Assembly: GCF_001194135.2 (NCBI RefSeq)
Contig: NC_068983.1
Span: 7,539,196 to 7,572,646 of the forward strand
DNA from: Octopus bimaculoides
Lineage: Eukaryota
Direction: 5' to 3'
Length of the DNA: 33,451 nt
Below are positions 1 through 11,925 of the stretch, in pieces (the first letter of the stretch is position 1; every line of letters starts with the position of its first letter). The notes beneath the pieces are model-generated. The model was given only the letters and a program-made list of their open reading frames with translations, was not told the origin of the DNA and did no database searches. The position numbers and the translations under genes were made by a program.

Positions 1-262
1 GTTGCTATTTCTACCATACTAACCGACCACACAGAAGTTCTATCATTAACTCTTTAAGAATCGAATGCAATTGGGTGGTGTCGATCACCTTTGGGGTGAT
101 TGTGGTGGTGATGGTGGTGGTGATATTGAGATCAAGTAAACAACACCCTGTTGAAAGAAAATCAATTTAATACGTCAATAATCAGAACTATAAAAAACAT
201 TCATATAAAAACATTCATTTAAAAAGGCAGGTAGATATGTTAGGATGCATTGACACACATGC

Positions 263-263
<1 letters not shown>

Positions 264-319
<56 letters not shown>

Positions 320-325
320 TACATA
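264..325. repeat. compound (TA)n(CA)n(CATA)n microsatellite
   Basis: Directly visible tandem di- and tetranucleotide runs. Confidence 0.95.
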
Positions 326-374
326 CGTATTTATTTATGTTATTTATGTGTGAATATATGTGCAGGCGCGTGAG

Positions 375-545
375 TTTGTGTCTGCTTGCTTTTGTTTGTG
401 TTTGTCATGTAACTTAGCGATGCGATAAATACAAATCAGTAAAGTGCTAGGATTAAAGGTGAGGTCAGTATGACCGAGCAGAGATCCTTGAGGGTGGTGC
501 CCCAACAAGGCCGTAGTATAACGACTTAAACAAGGGAAAGAGAAT
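375..545 (+). mobile_element. degraded 3' half of SINE family C
   Basis: gtttgtc..gtaacttagcg..ggtggtgcccca..ggccgtagt..gacttaaacaag is a diverged match to the 3' half of the fuller copies at 20015-20463 and 33011-33398. Confidence 0.55.
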
Positions 546-581
546 ATATATGGTTCAACAGGCAGTTAGGCAATAATGATG

Positions 582-960
582 TTGGCATTTCGTCGCTTAC
601 GACGTCGAGCGTTCCAGTTGATCCGATCAACGGAACAGCCTGCTCGTGAAATTAACGTGCAAATGGCTGAGCACTCCACAGACACGTGTACCCCTAACGT
701 AGTCTTTGGGGGATATTCAGCGTGACACAGTGTGACAAGGCTGACCCTTTGAATTACAGGCACAACAGAAACAGGAAGTAAGAGTGAGAGAAAGTTGTGG
801 TGAAAGAGTACAGCAGGGTTCGCCACCATCCCCTGCTGGAGCCACGTGGAGCTTTAGGTGTTTTCGCTCAATAAACACTCACAACGCCCGGTCTGGGAAT
901 CGAAACCGCGATCCTATGACTGTGAGTCCGCTGCCCTAATCACTGGGCCATTGCGCCTCT
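582..960 (-). mobile_element. full-length tRNA-derived SINE, family A
   Basis: Minus strand starts AGAGGCGCAATGGCCCAGTGATTAGGGCAG (A box) with a B-box-like GGTTTCGATTCC. Collinear with 21551-21939 and 18309-18468. Candidate TSD taggca(a/g)taat at 567-577 and 963-973. Confidence 0.9.
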
Positions 961-1164
961 ACTAGGCAGTAATAGTCAAAACGAATTCTTATCACCCGGT
1001 AATGATTCTGTTGTTGTTCTTAAAATAACCTTGGAATAACATCATGAAACGAATATTTACGGAAAACCTTGACCCTCACTTGCAAACACTTGTAACCTGA
1101 GAGCTTGTGCATCGCTTTCTTTGCTGCAGGTGCTTAATGTAGTCACGAGAAAACATAGACACAC

Positions 1165-1379
1165 TCTTGGGTGTCTCACCCGTGAGCTGGCGGAATATCG
1201 AGAGTGTGATGGCTAACGGGAGAGTGGGCTGGAACCGATTTTCATCTGAGTGGAGTGACGTAATGTGAAATGAAATACCTTACTTGGGAACACAACGAAC
1301 TGCTTCGTCCGGAAATCGAAATCACGACCCTATGGTCGATAACTTAACACCCCGAGATTAAATACTATACCACGCGTCT
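1165..1379 (-). mobile_element. degraded tRNA-derived SINE, family D
   Basis: Reverse complement agacgcgtggtatagt..gtgatttcgatttccggac..ttgtgttc..atttcatttcac..tccactcag aligns with the plus-strand copy at 11697. Confidence 0.55.
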
Positions 1380-1534
1380 ACATTTTCATATTTAGACAGA
1401 TGGTTAGACATATTGTATATACACACATATATTATACATGTATATGCAGAAACACACGTATATATATATATCTCAAATGGTACCTCGCTGTTAAACCTCC
1501 GTTTCGCTTATTTCTATTAAAATACATTTTGGTA

Positions 1535-1594
1535 GTTGTAGTATGTGACTCGTCTGCACGAAGAACCTCGTGCAGACGAGAGGTACACTACAAC
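1535..1594. other. 60-nt inverted repeat / hairpin
   Basis: Perfect 13-bp stem ctcgtctgcacga (1549-1561) / tcgtgcagacgag (1568-1580) with a 6-nt loop, plus an outer 8-bp stem gttgtagt / actacaac. Confidence 0.85.
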
Positions 1595-2045
1595 TTGCAG
1601 CGTTTCTTCATCGATTAACAAATAATACTTATTGTGATCGTTGTAGGTTGAAGGCTAACACTTGAAATCAAATATATCAATGAATTTAGTAGTTGCGAGT
1701 ATTGTTTGTTGTAATAAAAGGTCACTACAGCTAGATGTATCCGCCCCAAAGTTTGAACTTATACTTTTAAACAGACAGAATTCTATTATTCACTTTCACC
1801 TTACAACTCATTGATTAAGGATCAATGATTTTTAGCCTTTCGCTTTGTTTTATTTACAGGCAGCATTACAGTTACATTTCCCAGATACTGGCGCGTACCA
1901 GAAGCTTATGACGTTATTGTGCTGTTTTTCTCACAGACAGTGCCCAACTGACCCTACTACACTGTGTAGTCGACAAAATCCAAAACAAACTGCGGTTACG
2001 CGAAATAGAAAACGTAATATGGTGACAATTTATCCGTCACAGCCT

Positions 2046-2321
<276 letters not shown>

Positions 2322-2588
2322 AACAAAGGCAAACAAGTACGAATACAAGATGCGTTACAGGAATTTTGAGACTTGTTCAGGAGAGGCAGTTATAATTGTT
2401 CTAGATTATTGCAATTTAAGTATATCACTAATATGCATCAAATAATGCTGACCTGCAAAGTCTTTTTTTTCATCATTATTCCAGCTTGAAGGAGACGACT
2501 GTAACAGCACTTCGAACACACCTTTTCATTAAACACTGCTTGTCACAGCTAATTGGTTTGCAGAACGCATTTGGGACGTGAAGACAAT

Positions 2589-3495
2589 TTGGAAGCTCGC
2601 TATGCAACAAAGTTTTGTGTTAAAATGAGCAAAAATGCTACAGAAGCTTTATGAAATCTCTACGCTACTTATGTATTAACTTGTGTGAGCTAAGCATCTG
2701 TTTTTCGCTTGTACAACGAGAGTTTTATGAAAAAAAGAACGTTAGAACATCAAAGCTGGTTGAGAAAATTCGCAATTTTCTGAACGAAGACCGTCGTATG
2801 TCCATAAAGACAGTATGCATATAATTTGGTGTTTATATGATTGCTGCACACAGTTATTCATGAAGATCTGAACATGCGCAAAATTTGTACAAAGTTTGTT
2901 TCCAGGGTGCTCAGTGCCGACCAGAAAGAAAGACGCGTTGGGGACAGCAGGGAGATGGTTGAGTTCATTACCTCCAATCCCAGGGTACTTAAGTCTCTGC
3001 GACGAAAGTTGGATCTGCTGCTATGATCCAGAGATCAAGTAACAGACTGTACTATGTAAGCATCCTGGCTCCCTTAGACTCAAGAAAACCAGATATTACA
3101 AGTCCACCAGGAAGCTTATGATGATCCCTTTTTTCGACAGCAAAGGCATTACCTACATCCTCTGTGTTACCTTTGGCAATACAATTAAAAAAGAGTGGAG
3201 ATTTCGAGCGAGTTCAGGAAGAGATTTCGTCGCAAAAGACCAGAGCAGTTGCACTAGGACAATGCACTAGTCCGCAATTCCTTCTTGGTAACACTCCCTA
3301 TAATCTAGAACTTGCTTCTTGTGACTTTTGGCTGCTCTCCAAGCTGAGGGAGAACCTCAAAAGCGTAAATAGCCGAAAGAAATGATACTGAAACATTTTG
3401 TCCGGCGCGGTAACAGTTCTGCCTGCTTGATGCCTCAAGACTTTGTAATAGTGAAAATAACATTTGTATCCGCCGTGAGGCCACTGTAATAGACA
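2589..3495 (+). pseudogene. decayed mariner (DDD-type) transposase
   Basis: Frame-broken translation gives LEARYATKFCVKMSKNATE (N-terminus), HEDLNMRKICTKFVSRVL (WVPR-like), CDESWICCYDPE (first catalytic D and YDPE), KLMMIPFFDSKG, H*DNA (second D) and PYNLELASCDFWLLSKL (YSPDLAP-like). Multiple stops, frameshifts and deletions. TIRs not found. Confidence 0.88.
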
Positions 3496-4058
3496 GAGCG
3501 GCTGGTAATGTTGTCGTACCAGTAGAAAAGACACAGGAAATACATGGCATTGTTGTCGGTTAGTAGTCATATTATACTGTTAAGTGAATGTTTCTTTATC
3601 AGTCTGGTGTCCTGAATATGTTTAAAATGACACTGCATCATCCCAGATATTGTAGTGCTACCCTAATACTGTGGAGTTCCCTTTTCCCTTAAAGAAGGAA
3701 AAGTCTAAGCTAAGAGCATTAGACCCCCTTGTAAGAAAGCTAGTGAATGTGTTCAGCAACAAAGACAATAACACAAACAAACAAATAAAAAAAAAACGGA
3801 GAACATGGTACACAATTACGAATACAACAGAAATAACAACAGGTGTCTATCGACTGAGAACAAATCAAATTGAGCTGGCGTGTATGAAGTGAAAGCCTAA
3901 AGGCAAGAATATAGGAGATGGACATAAGAGGTGTTGGCGGTCGGCAGTCAGGCCAAGAAAGAAAGATCATGGCTGGCAGGACACTGGTCACGTGGAAGTA
4001 GGAGAGATGGGTAGGGGGAAGCGGGATTGAAGGATTAGAAAAAAATCAGAGACTTAAG

Positions 4059-4283
4059 AGGTCACCCGACAGTAAATCAAAATTCAATAAATACTTAATA
4101 TTCAATTTAATTTATTCATTCCAATTATGAATGTTTAATAAGTGAACGCTGTGAGTTAAAATCACCATTTTTGTTTTCAACATTTGTGTATTTATTAGCG
4201 AAATCTCATAAGATAATTTTTTTGTTTTAATCTTGGAATTGAATGGTTTTTGATCTACTGTCAGGTGACCTTTGGCCAACCCT

Positions 4284-4284
<1 letters not shown>
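4059..4284. mobile_element. Tc1/mariner-type MITE, left terminus lost
   Basis: Left aggtcacccgacagtaaatcaaaa (4059-4082) is an inverted repeat of the right end ttttgatctactgtcaggtgacct. The right end continues ..ttggccaaccctg|TA, typical of a Tc1/mariner terminus with a TA target. Confidence 0.65.
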
Positions 4285-4319
<35 letters not shown>

Positions 4320-4685
4320 ACACAGATACACACACATTTATATATGGTCATTAATGCGTACATGCATACATATATACATATGCATATATATGTGCGTGTG
4401 CCTGTGTGTGATTATATTGATATACATATATTTATAAAAGGCAAGATGTGCGTGTGTGTGCGTGTGTGTACGTGAATATACTTTATGCACGTCCACAAAT
4501 TAGCACGCATGTCGCTCCAATTTTAGGAGAACATTGGTCACGACCATGGCTGTGTTTTTGTCAACATATTTTTCCCAAGGCAACCGCTGATAGCGGTAAA
4601 AATCGATCTTCAACCATAACTTTTACCAATTTTGAACGTCGGTGATAACATGAGTTAAGTCCCCTTCTTGCAATGGCGAAAAGTA

Positions 4686-4735
4686 TTGTGTGTGTGTATG
4701 TGTGTGTGAGAGAGAGAGAAAAGGTGTCTGTTGAT

Positions 4736-4770
<35 letters not shown>

Positions 4771-4783
4771 TGTGATAGCGTAA

Positions 4784-4833
<50 letters not shown>

Positions 4834-5139
4834 AAACACACTAAAAAAGAATGCGAGAAAAGGTAAATAAATAGAATTTACACTATCTCTCTCTCACACG
4901 CACACACAGCAACATACACTTCCCCCCTCTCTCTTTCCGACAACACACACCTCTCTCTCAAAAAAGATGTGAGGTGAAATAAATTTAAAAAATGTACGCT
5001 GTGTGTGTGTGTGTTTGTGTGTGTGTGCATGTATGTATATACACATATATGCACACACTATATGTACAGACAACTGTATGTATTGAATAATATAATAAAA
5101 TGCAATATAATAAATTATTATTATACATACATGCATTCA

Positions 5140-5170
<31 letters not shown>
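4686..5170. repeat. cluster of (TG)n, (GA)n, (CT)n and (CATA)n microsatellites
   Basis: Directly visible. Confidence 0.9.
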
Positions 5171-5172
<2 letters not shown>

Positions 5173-6988
5173 TCTTTTGAACGCGACATGGCTGCTGTAT
5201 GTTCTTCGCAGCATGTATTTCTAATAGTTCTGTGTTTATATATGTAAACATGTGTCTCACTTGGTTGCGGGTAACGCCTGTCAACGATAATGAGGAAGCA
5301 TGGTTGGTGTCATCTGTATAAAACCGGATGTGGTTAAATGCACGATAACAATAGAAAAGACCACCTCTCTACTAATAATCAACATTTACCTCCGCAAACT
5401 GCTTCAATAACAACAAGAACAAGAAGAGAGGCAAAACAGAAGGTAATATCAAATTTGCGGCTGTTATCTTGCGTTGAATAACAAGAAAACTGCTCCGTGA
5501 TGTAGTAATAAAGGATGGTATTCTGTTTGAGGGGGATCTAAAGAAGTTCATCCAATGGGGGAATACATCTAGGTACCTTAATATAGACACCTAATCAATG
5601 CTGGTTTAAGGCATAGTTACACTAAGCATTTGCCCCGAGCGGAGGGGGGACGCACTGGTCTAGGGGCCCAATTCTGCTGTCAATAAATAAACATTGTAAG
5701 ACCCTGTGCATTGATTTACTCGAGAGCTTATAATGTTACTAAGACAACCCTGCGACCATGAACAACATTGCCATTCATCCCCCAAATACTGGCGTCAGTG
5801 GTGCTGAATAATTCCGACCCCCGTCAGAATTGCTGACCTTATGTTTAAATAAGAAGCAATTATGGCGATGGACTGAATGAATTTATTAAAGTGTCAGAGA
5901 AAATGACACTGTAATAAATTTATTCTGGCTTTTCATGTTTTGAAATCAGATACTGCCGAGCAGTGCCATCTCAATGCACGAACACACTAGACAGTTGTGC
6001 GAAGGCCTCACGGATCTAAGGGCTCAATTCTGACCTGTGTATAGTGTGGCTCGCTCTCAATAAGTAAATACTATAGGGTCTAGTTCATTGAATTGCCCGG
6101 GGTCCTTACGGGTCTAGGGACCAATTCTGATCTATGTATTCTGCAGTTTGATGTTAATAAATAATACCTCGTCTTAAAGATATGCAACGATATCGTTGGT
6201 GTTCTAGTTTTTGTTGTTTCTTAGCTCTCGGCCGACCCTGATCAAATAATCCCATGAACAAAAAGCGCTCCAACAACGAACTTCTTTTCTTTTTACTTTC
6301 TATTTTGAACTACATTTTCCAGTGTACCTTTAATCAATGGCTGTGTTGTTTTGAACGACACAAAAGGGTCTGTCAGCAATTCTTTCGCACACGTTGTTAA
6401 TAATAAAGACGCACTGAATGCGTCTTTTTGACATATTTTAAAAGCAGTAGTGTGAAATTTGTCGAAAATTTGGATGGATACAATTTCTAGAAAGTAGAAT
6501 GAGAGCGTAAGGTTTTTGCATTGGCATGTGGGTATGTTGTTAACCCTAAATCAATACTGAATATGCATGCTAAAGATCACAGGCATGCCAGTCACATATG
6601 ACCATATCTTTCTTTTATAAAAGAAATAGCGTTTGAACAACTGCATTAACCAATCTGCCTGCCATTTTCCCGCGACATTAAAGGATAAGAGATTTCACGG
6701 ATCTATTTTAAAACGGGGGCCACATTTTTCATTAATGTTTTACGTAGTGTTTTTGGTACCGAAAGACTTTCAAACTTCGTATACTTATCTATTTTGTGTT
6801 ATAGAACAGAAAAATATTTTTGTATTCGAATTTATTTCATGTAAAAAATTGTCTTATTTCGATAATTTCAACCAATCACTGACAAGTATTCAGTTGTTTA
6901 CATTTACTCCTTTGGCTGATTAATCGATGTAAAGCGTATTTAATCTCCATACCTTCGTTTTATTTGCTTTTTTCATTTTAAATTTGCT

Positions 6989-7034
6989 TTAACCCTAACC
7001 TTAACCCTAACCCTAACCTTAAGGTTAGGGTTAG
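6989..7034. repeat. interstitial telomere-like (CCCTAA/CCTTAA)n inverting to (TTAGGG)n at a gap edge
   Basis: aaccctaaccttaaccctaaccctaacctt|aaggttagggttag, followed by Ns. Positions 7007-7034 form a perfect 28-bp palindrome. Confidence 0.8.
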
Positions 7035-7438
7035 NNNNNNNNNNNNNNNNNNNNNNNNNNNNNNNNNNNNNNNNNNNNNNNNNNNNNNNNNNNNNNNNNN
7101 NNNNNNNNNNNNNNNNNNNNNNNNNNNNNNNNNNNNNNNNNNNNNNNNNNNNNNNNNNNNNNNNNNNNNNNNNNNNNNNNNNNNNNNNNNNNNNNNNNNN
7201 NNNNNNNNNNNNNNNNNNNNNNNNNNNNNNNNNNNNNNNNNNNNNNNNNNNNNNNNNNNNNNNNNNNNNNNNNNNNNNNNNNNNNNNNNNNNNNNNNNNN
7301 NNNNNNNNNNNNNNNNNNNNNNNNNNNNNNNNNNNNNNNNNNNNNNNNNNNNNNNNNNNNNNNNNNNNNNNNNNNNNNNNNNNNNNNNNNNNNNNNNNNN
7401 NNNNNNNNNNNNNNNNNNNNNNNNNNNNNNNNNNNNNN

Positions 7439-7508
<70 letters not shown>

Positions 7509-7512
7509 TACA
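7439..7512. repeat. (CT)n(CA)n microsatellite at gap edge
   Basis: Directly visible. Confidence 0.95.
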
Positions 7513-8169
7513 CACTTTCCTTTTTTGTCAAGGTGATCAATGCCTCTTCATGGCAATAACATCGTTACATTTCCTGAAATGTGGCATAAAGCAAAACAAG
7601 AGTCAATCAATATTTCTTGTAGGGAATCAAACTCCAGCCGCGAAATTATCAGTTTGGGGTAATAAGTATACCACTACAGTTTCACGTGACTGATTTATAA
7701 ATCGACCAATCAGTCTGAAGCTGTGGCGTGATACGACTTCTCAAATATTCTCAAAATTCGAGCGCTTTTTACCCACGTTGAACAGTTTGGTGCCTTACTC
7801 GCAACAGAATACTTCGAGTGCTCAAGCAAAGCACCACAGTTAACTTTCAGCTAAGACAAGTTACAACATACCACGGCTAACTTTCAACAAGCCACAGCAC
7901 GGTTCTTTTCTCCAAGCATTAATATGCATTTTTCTTTTCCATATAGCTAATGTTTAAGCCAACACAGTAAATCATTTTTATAAATAAATATTGTTGAACG
8001 CTCGTAAGTTTACTTATTCGTAATACACGCAGCCAGCCAGAATTACGCTCCGATGATAAGCCGACACACACCACCAAACAAACCCATGACTATCTCTTTC
8101 AAAAAAATGTGTAACACAGTGTATTACAGCACACTGCGATATCATTGCAGGACCATCAGAAAGTCAAAC

Positions 8170-8265
8170 AAAATACAGTGTAGTATTTAGCTACGGATTT
8201 TTACGTCTTGAGATCCTGAGTTCAAGTTCTGCTTAGGTTAACTATGTCCTCCGTTTTTTTTTCTT

Positions 8266-8302
<37 letters not shown>

Positions 8303-8365
8303 CTAATTTTCAGAGTCGATAAAATAAAGCATCAATCAAATAATGGGTTCGATTTAATCGAGTGA
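8170..8365 (+). mobile_element. degraded SINE family B with internal poly-T expansion
   Basis: ctgagttcaagttctgcttaggttaact..gagtcgataaaataa..gggttcgatttaatcga matches the family B body. An interrupted T-run of about 50 nt lies at ~8253-8302. Confidence 0.6.
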
Positions 8366-8438
8366 CTTGTGTCTACCAGGTTTTTTCAAGCAAGGGACAA
8401 CGGTTGAAAGATCGTAAACGAATCTTTATGGTGCAGTT

Positions 8439-9160
8439 TTCTTCTTCTTCTTCTTCTTCTTCTTCTTCTTCTTCTTCTTCTTCTTCTTCTTCTTCTTCTT
8501 CTTCTTCTTCTTCTTCTTCTTCTTCTTCTTCTNNNNNNNNNNNNNNNNNNNNNNNNNNNNNNNNNNNNNNNNNNNNNNNNNNNNNNNNNNNNNNNNNNNN
8601 NNNNNNNNNNNNNNNNNNNNNNNNNNNNNNNNNNNNNNNNNNNNNNNNNNNNNNNNNNNNNNNNNNNNNNNNNNNNNNNNNNNNNNNNNNNNNNNNNNNN
8701 NNNNNNNNNNNNNNNNNNNNNNNNNNNNNNNNNNNNNNNNNNNNNNNNNNNNNNNNNNNNNNNNNNNNNNNNNNNNNNNNNNNNNNNNNNNNNNNNNNNN
8801 NNNNNNNNNNNNNNNNNNNNNNNNNNNNNNNNNNNNNNNNNNNNNNNNNNNNNNNNNNNNNNNNNNNNNNNNNNNNNNNNNNNNNNNNNNNNNNNNNNNN
8901 NNNNNNNNNNNNNNNNNNNNNNNNNNNNNNNNNNNNNNNNNNNNNNNNNNNNNNNNNNNNNNNNNNNNNNNNNNNNNNNNNNNNNNNNNNNNNNNNNNNN
9001 NNNNNNNNNNNNNNNNNNNNNNNNNNNNNNNNNNNNNNNNNNNGGTGGTGGTGGTGGTGCTTGTGGTGGTGGTGCTTGTGGTGGTGGTGTAGTGGTTGTG
9101 GTGGTGGTGGTGGTGATGAATACGATGATGGTAATGATGATGCTGGTGGAGATGATGATC
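8439..9160. repeat. (TTC)n and (GGT)n/(GAT)n trinucleotide repeats flanking the gap at 8533-9043
   Basis: Directly visible on both sides of the gap. Confidence 0.9.
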
Positions 9161-9400
9161 AGCAAAGAGTTAGTGTGATCTCCAGAGTCCTTCACGGTAA
9201 TTCTTCTCTTGTATAGCCTTATGTATTGTAGCACTGGCTTTATGTACAGATGCATTAATTCCCCTGCTCGGTCTGAAGTCTTCTACTCAGTCATCTGCTC
9301 AATTTTGAAACCAAATAATCAGTTCCTTAACCCCTAGGCTGACCAAATATCTTTTTACACTCTGGCTTGGGCTATCTTCACCTGTTATATTTTTTCGTTT

Positions 9401-9542
9401 TTGCTTCCAATCACACGGTTCCTGGTTCAGTCCCACTACGTGATACCTTGGGCAAGTGTCTCCTACTATAACCTCGGGCCGACCAAAGCCTTGTGAGTGG
9501 ATTTGGTAGGTGAAAACAGAAACTGAAAGAAATCCGTCGAGT

Positions 9543-9573
<31 letters not shown>
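9401..9573 (+). mobile_element. 5' half of SINE family C running into its internal (TG)n
   Basis: ggttcagtcccact..ccttgggcaagtgtc..ctcgggccgaccaaagccttgtgagtggatttggtag..gaaactgaaagaa..ccgtcg, matching the reverse complement of 33240-33398. Confidence 0.85.
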
Positions 9574-9769
9574 NNNNNNNNNNNNNNNNNNNNNNNNNNN
9601 NNNNNNNNNNNNNNNNNNNNNNNNNNNNNNNNNNNNNNNNNNNNNNNNNNNNNNNNNNNNNNNNNNNNNNNNNNNNNNNNNNNNNNNNNNNNNNNNNNNN
9701 NNNNNNNNNNNNNNNNNNNNNNNNNNNNNNNNNNNNNNNNNNNNNNNNNNNNNNNNNNNNNNNNNNNNN

Positions 9770-10045
9770 TAACTCGGGCGTCGAATTGAGTCTTTTACTA
9801 AAACAGACAATGGCGGAATTTGAACTCACGATGAAAACAGCTGGGACAAATACCTCAAGTATCCGGTTCGAAGTTTTCTCAGTTCTGCCAAAAAAAAAAA
9901 AAAAAAAATTGGTATCTTTAGTTTATAAAATTCAAGAAAACGAAAAGCAAAAATGACCTCAGTGAGATTTGAAATCAGAGTGCAGAGGATCGGAACAAAT
10001 ATCGACAAGCATTCTATCCAACGCTCTTAACTACTCTGTCAACGT
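9770..10045 (-). mobile_element. two degraded family B SINE fragments
   Basis: ggcggaatttgaactcac..ttctgcc (~9820-9890) and gacctcagtgagatttgaaatcaga..aagcattctatccaacgctc (~9955-10030) match the reverse-strand family B head. Confidence 0.55.
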
Positions 10046-10712
10046 ATCGATTATGAAAGTACAAGGAAAACTTTTCTGTTTTTAAAAAATGCAGAGACGA
10101 GACCTCTGTGTTTTCTATAAATGCAGAGGTAAGCAACCATGTTGCTCCGGTTGGGAGGCGCTTTGTTTCGTTACATATCTCTACCATGAAGGCTTTTTTT
10201 CACTATTATGTGACTTATGTTAGTGAATGAAAGAATTGCTAACAGTTCCTTCTGTTTCGCTCAAAGCAACACGTTCGAGAATTGAAGCTAGCGTTAATGG
10301 GCTAATGTCCTTTCTTCATTAGCTAAAACACATGATGTTGTGAACAGTATCGTTGAATTTCTTCACAGTGATATTTTTTAACTGATAAATTATCGTCTAT
10401 TCGTGTACAATATGTAGAAATTGTTGTGAAATTAAATTTTTCACCTTTTATTTGGCATTTAGTTGTTCACTGAGTAATTATGTTCATCCTCACATTTTCG
10501 AGAGGTATTTCTCTAAAGAGAAACTATCTTGAGTTGAAATAGAAACAGGAAAATAAGATTATGTTGAAAATTCACAGATTTTTACGTCTCATCCAGTATT
10601 GGGCATAACTACAAGGCATTCCGGGAATGAAACTTATCTGCTGAAACTTATCTGAAAACTATTTTTCTTTCAACTGTATTTAGTAAAAAAAGAACCCAAA
10701 GTTCGGAGCAAG

Positions 10713-10948
10713 GATGATGGTTATGATTGTTATTTTCTGATTTAGGCATAATAAAGCCAGCATTTATGATGGGAACAGATTAGTCGATACCATTGACCTC
10801 TGTATGCGACTGATACTTTATTTTATTGGTCCCGGGTAGATAAAAGGCAAAGTTGACCTCGGAGCGATTTGCAATCAGAATCTAAAGATCTGGAAGAAAT
10901 GCTGCAAAGGATTTTTCTCCGATACTCTGATGATTATGCCAGTCCGCC
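10713..10948 (-). mobile_element. degraded full-length SINE family B
   Basis: aaaggcaaagttgacctcggagcgatttgcaatcagaa..gccagtccgcc with an (ATG/ATT)-rich tail. Confidence 0.7.
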
Positions 10949-11095
10949 AGCACTACTTGGCACCGCGCACATCTTACGTGAAGCACTTTCAATATAGTGA
11001 AAATAAGAACACCACAACAAACCACAGCACATTCCCGAGGCATACAGAGCTGTGTCCGGTAGTGCAGTGAAAAGCACGTGATAAAAGTAAGACTA

Positions 11096-11136
<41 letters not shown>

Positions 11137-11256
11137 NNNNNNNNNNNNNNNNNNNNNNNNNNNNNNNNNNNNNNNNNNNNNNNNNNNNNNNNNNNNNNNN
11201 NNNNNNNNNNNNNNNNNNNNNNNNNNNNNNNNNNNNNNNNNNNNNNNNNNNNNNNN

Positions 11257-11490
11257 GAAGAAGAAGAAGAAGAAAAAGAAGATTGTTTTGACATAGGTAC
11301 AAGCCCACACACTTCGGAAAGAGGTGGAATCGATTTAACCGACTCCAATACTTGAATAATAAATTATTTCTTTATTTTTCAAATTGATCTCTGAAAGATG
11401 ATTAGTTAACTTGACCTCGACAGGAATATGAACTCACAGTGTAAGAGGAAACGCTGGTAAAAGCTGGTTAACGACGCTTACAGCTTTCAG
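11257..11490 (-). mobile_element. degraded SINE family B
   Basis: cttgacctcgacaggaatatgaactcacag and the 3' segment gaatcgatttaaccgactccaatacttga. Confidence 0.55.
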
Positions 11491-11696
11491 CATTGCAGTT
11501 CATGTTTAGAGGTTTCATATTTTTGTAACCCTTGTAATTAGTTCTCTATCACCAAAGAAAGCCTTTGTTATCTCTATTTGATAATCTAATAAAAACATTA
11601 TATGTAAAACAAGCATTATACGTTGCAATTTGATGTAATCTGAAAATTCATTCCGTATCTGTTAGACGGTTGAAACATTTCCCCTTCTGTCCAATA

Positions 11697-11925
11697 GAGA
11701 CGCATGGCGTAGTGGTTAGGGTGTTGGACTCATGATCGTAAGATTGTGATTTCGATTCTAGGACCAGGAGACGCCTTGTGTTCTTGAGCAAAACACTTCA
11801 TTTCACGTTGCTCCAGTCCACTCAGCCAGTAAAAATGAATTATCCTGCGACGGACCGATGTCCCAGTCAAGGAATATATACACCCCAGAGAAACCGGGAA
11901 GCTGGCCTTATTCTTCTTACGGACT
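11697..11925 (+). mobile_element. tRNA-derived SINE family D with CORE-like central segment
   Basis: A box TGGCGTAGTGG and degenerate B box TTTCGATTC, then gtgttcttgagcaaaacacttcatttcacgttgctccagtccactcagc..aaaaatga, which resembles the CORE-SINE domain. Confidence 0.7.

Noticed and set aside
1590-1640. Minus-strand resemblance to the 5.8S rRNA motif TCGATGAAGAACGCAGC
   Set aside because: Only ~25 nt with gaps and mismatches, and no flanking rRNA homology. Likely chance.
5340-5590. Possible LINE APE endonuclease relic (IINIY.., ILFEGDL..WG)
   Set aside because: Two short motifs in different frames with many stops. Not supportable without a profile search.
6989-7034. Ancestral telomere-telomere fusion site
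   Set aside because: The polarity is CCCTAA then TTAGGG, the reverse of a fusion signature, and the tract is short.
7680-7715. CACGTG plus CCAAT as a Pol II promoter
   Set aside because: Short motifs expected by chance, with no associated gene.
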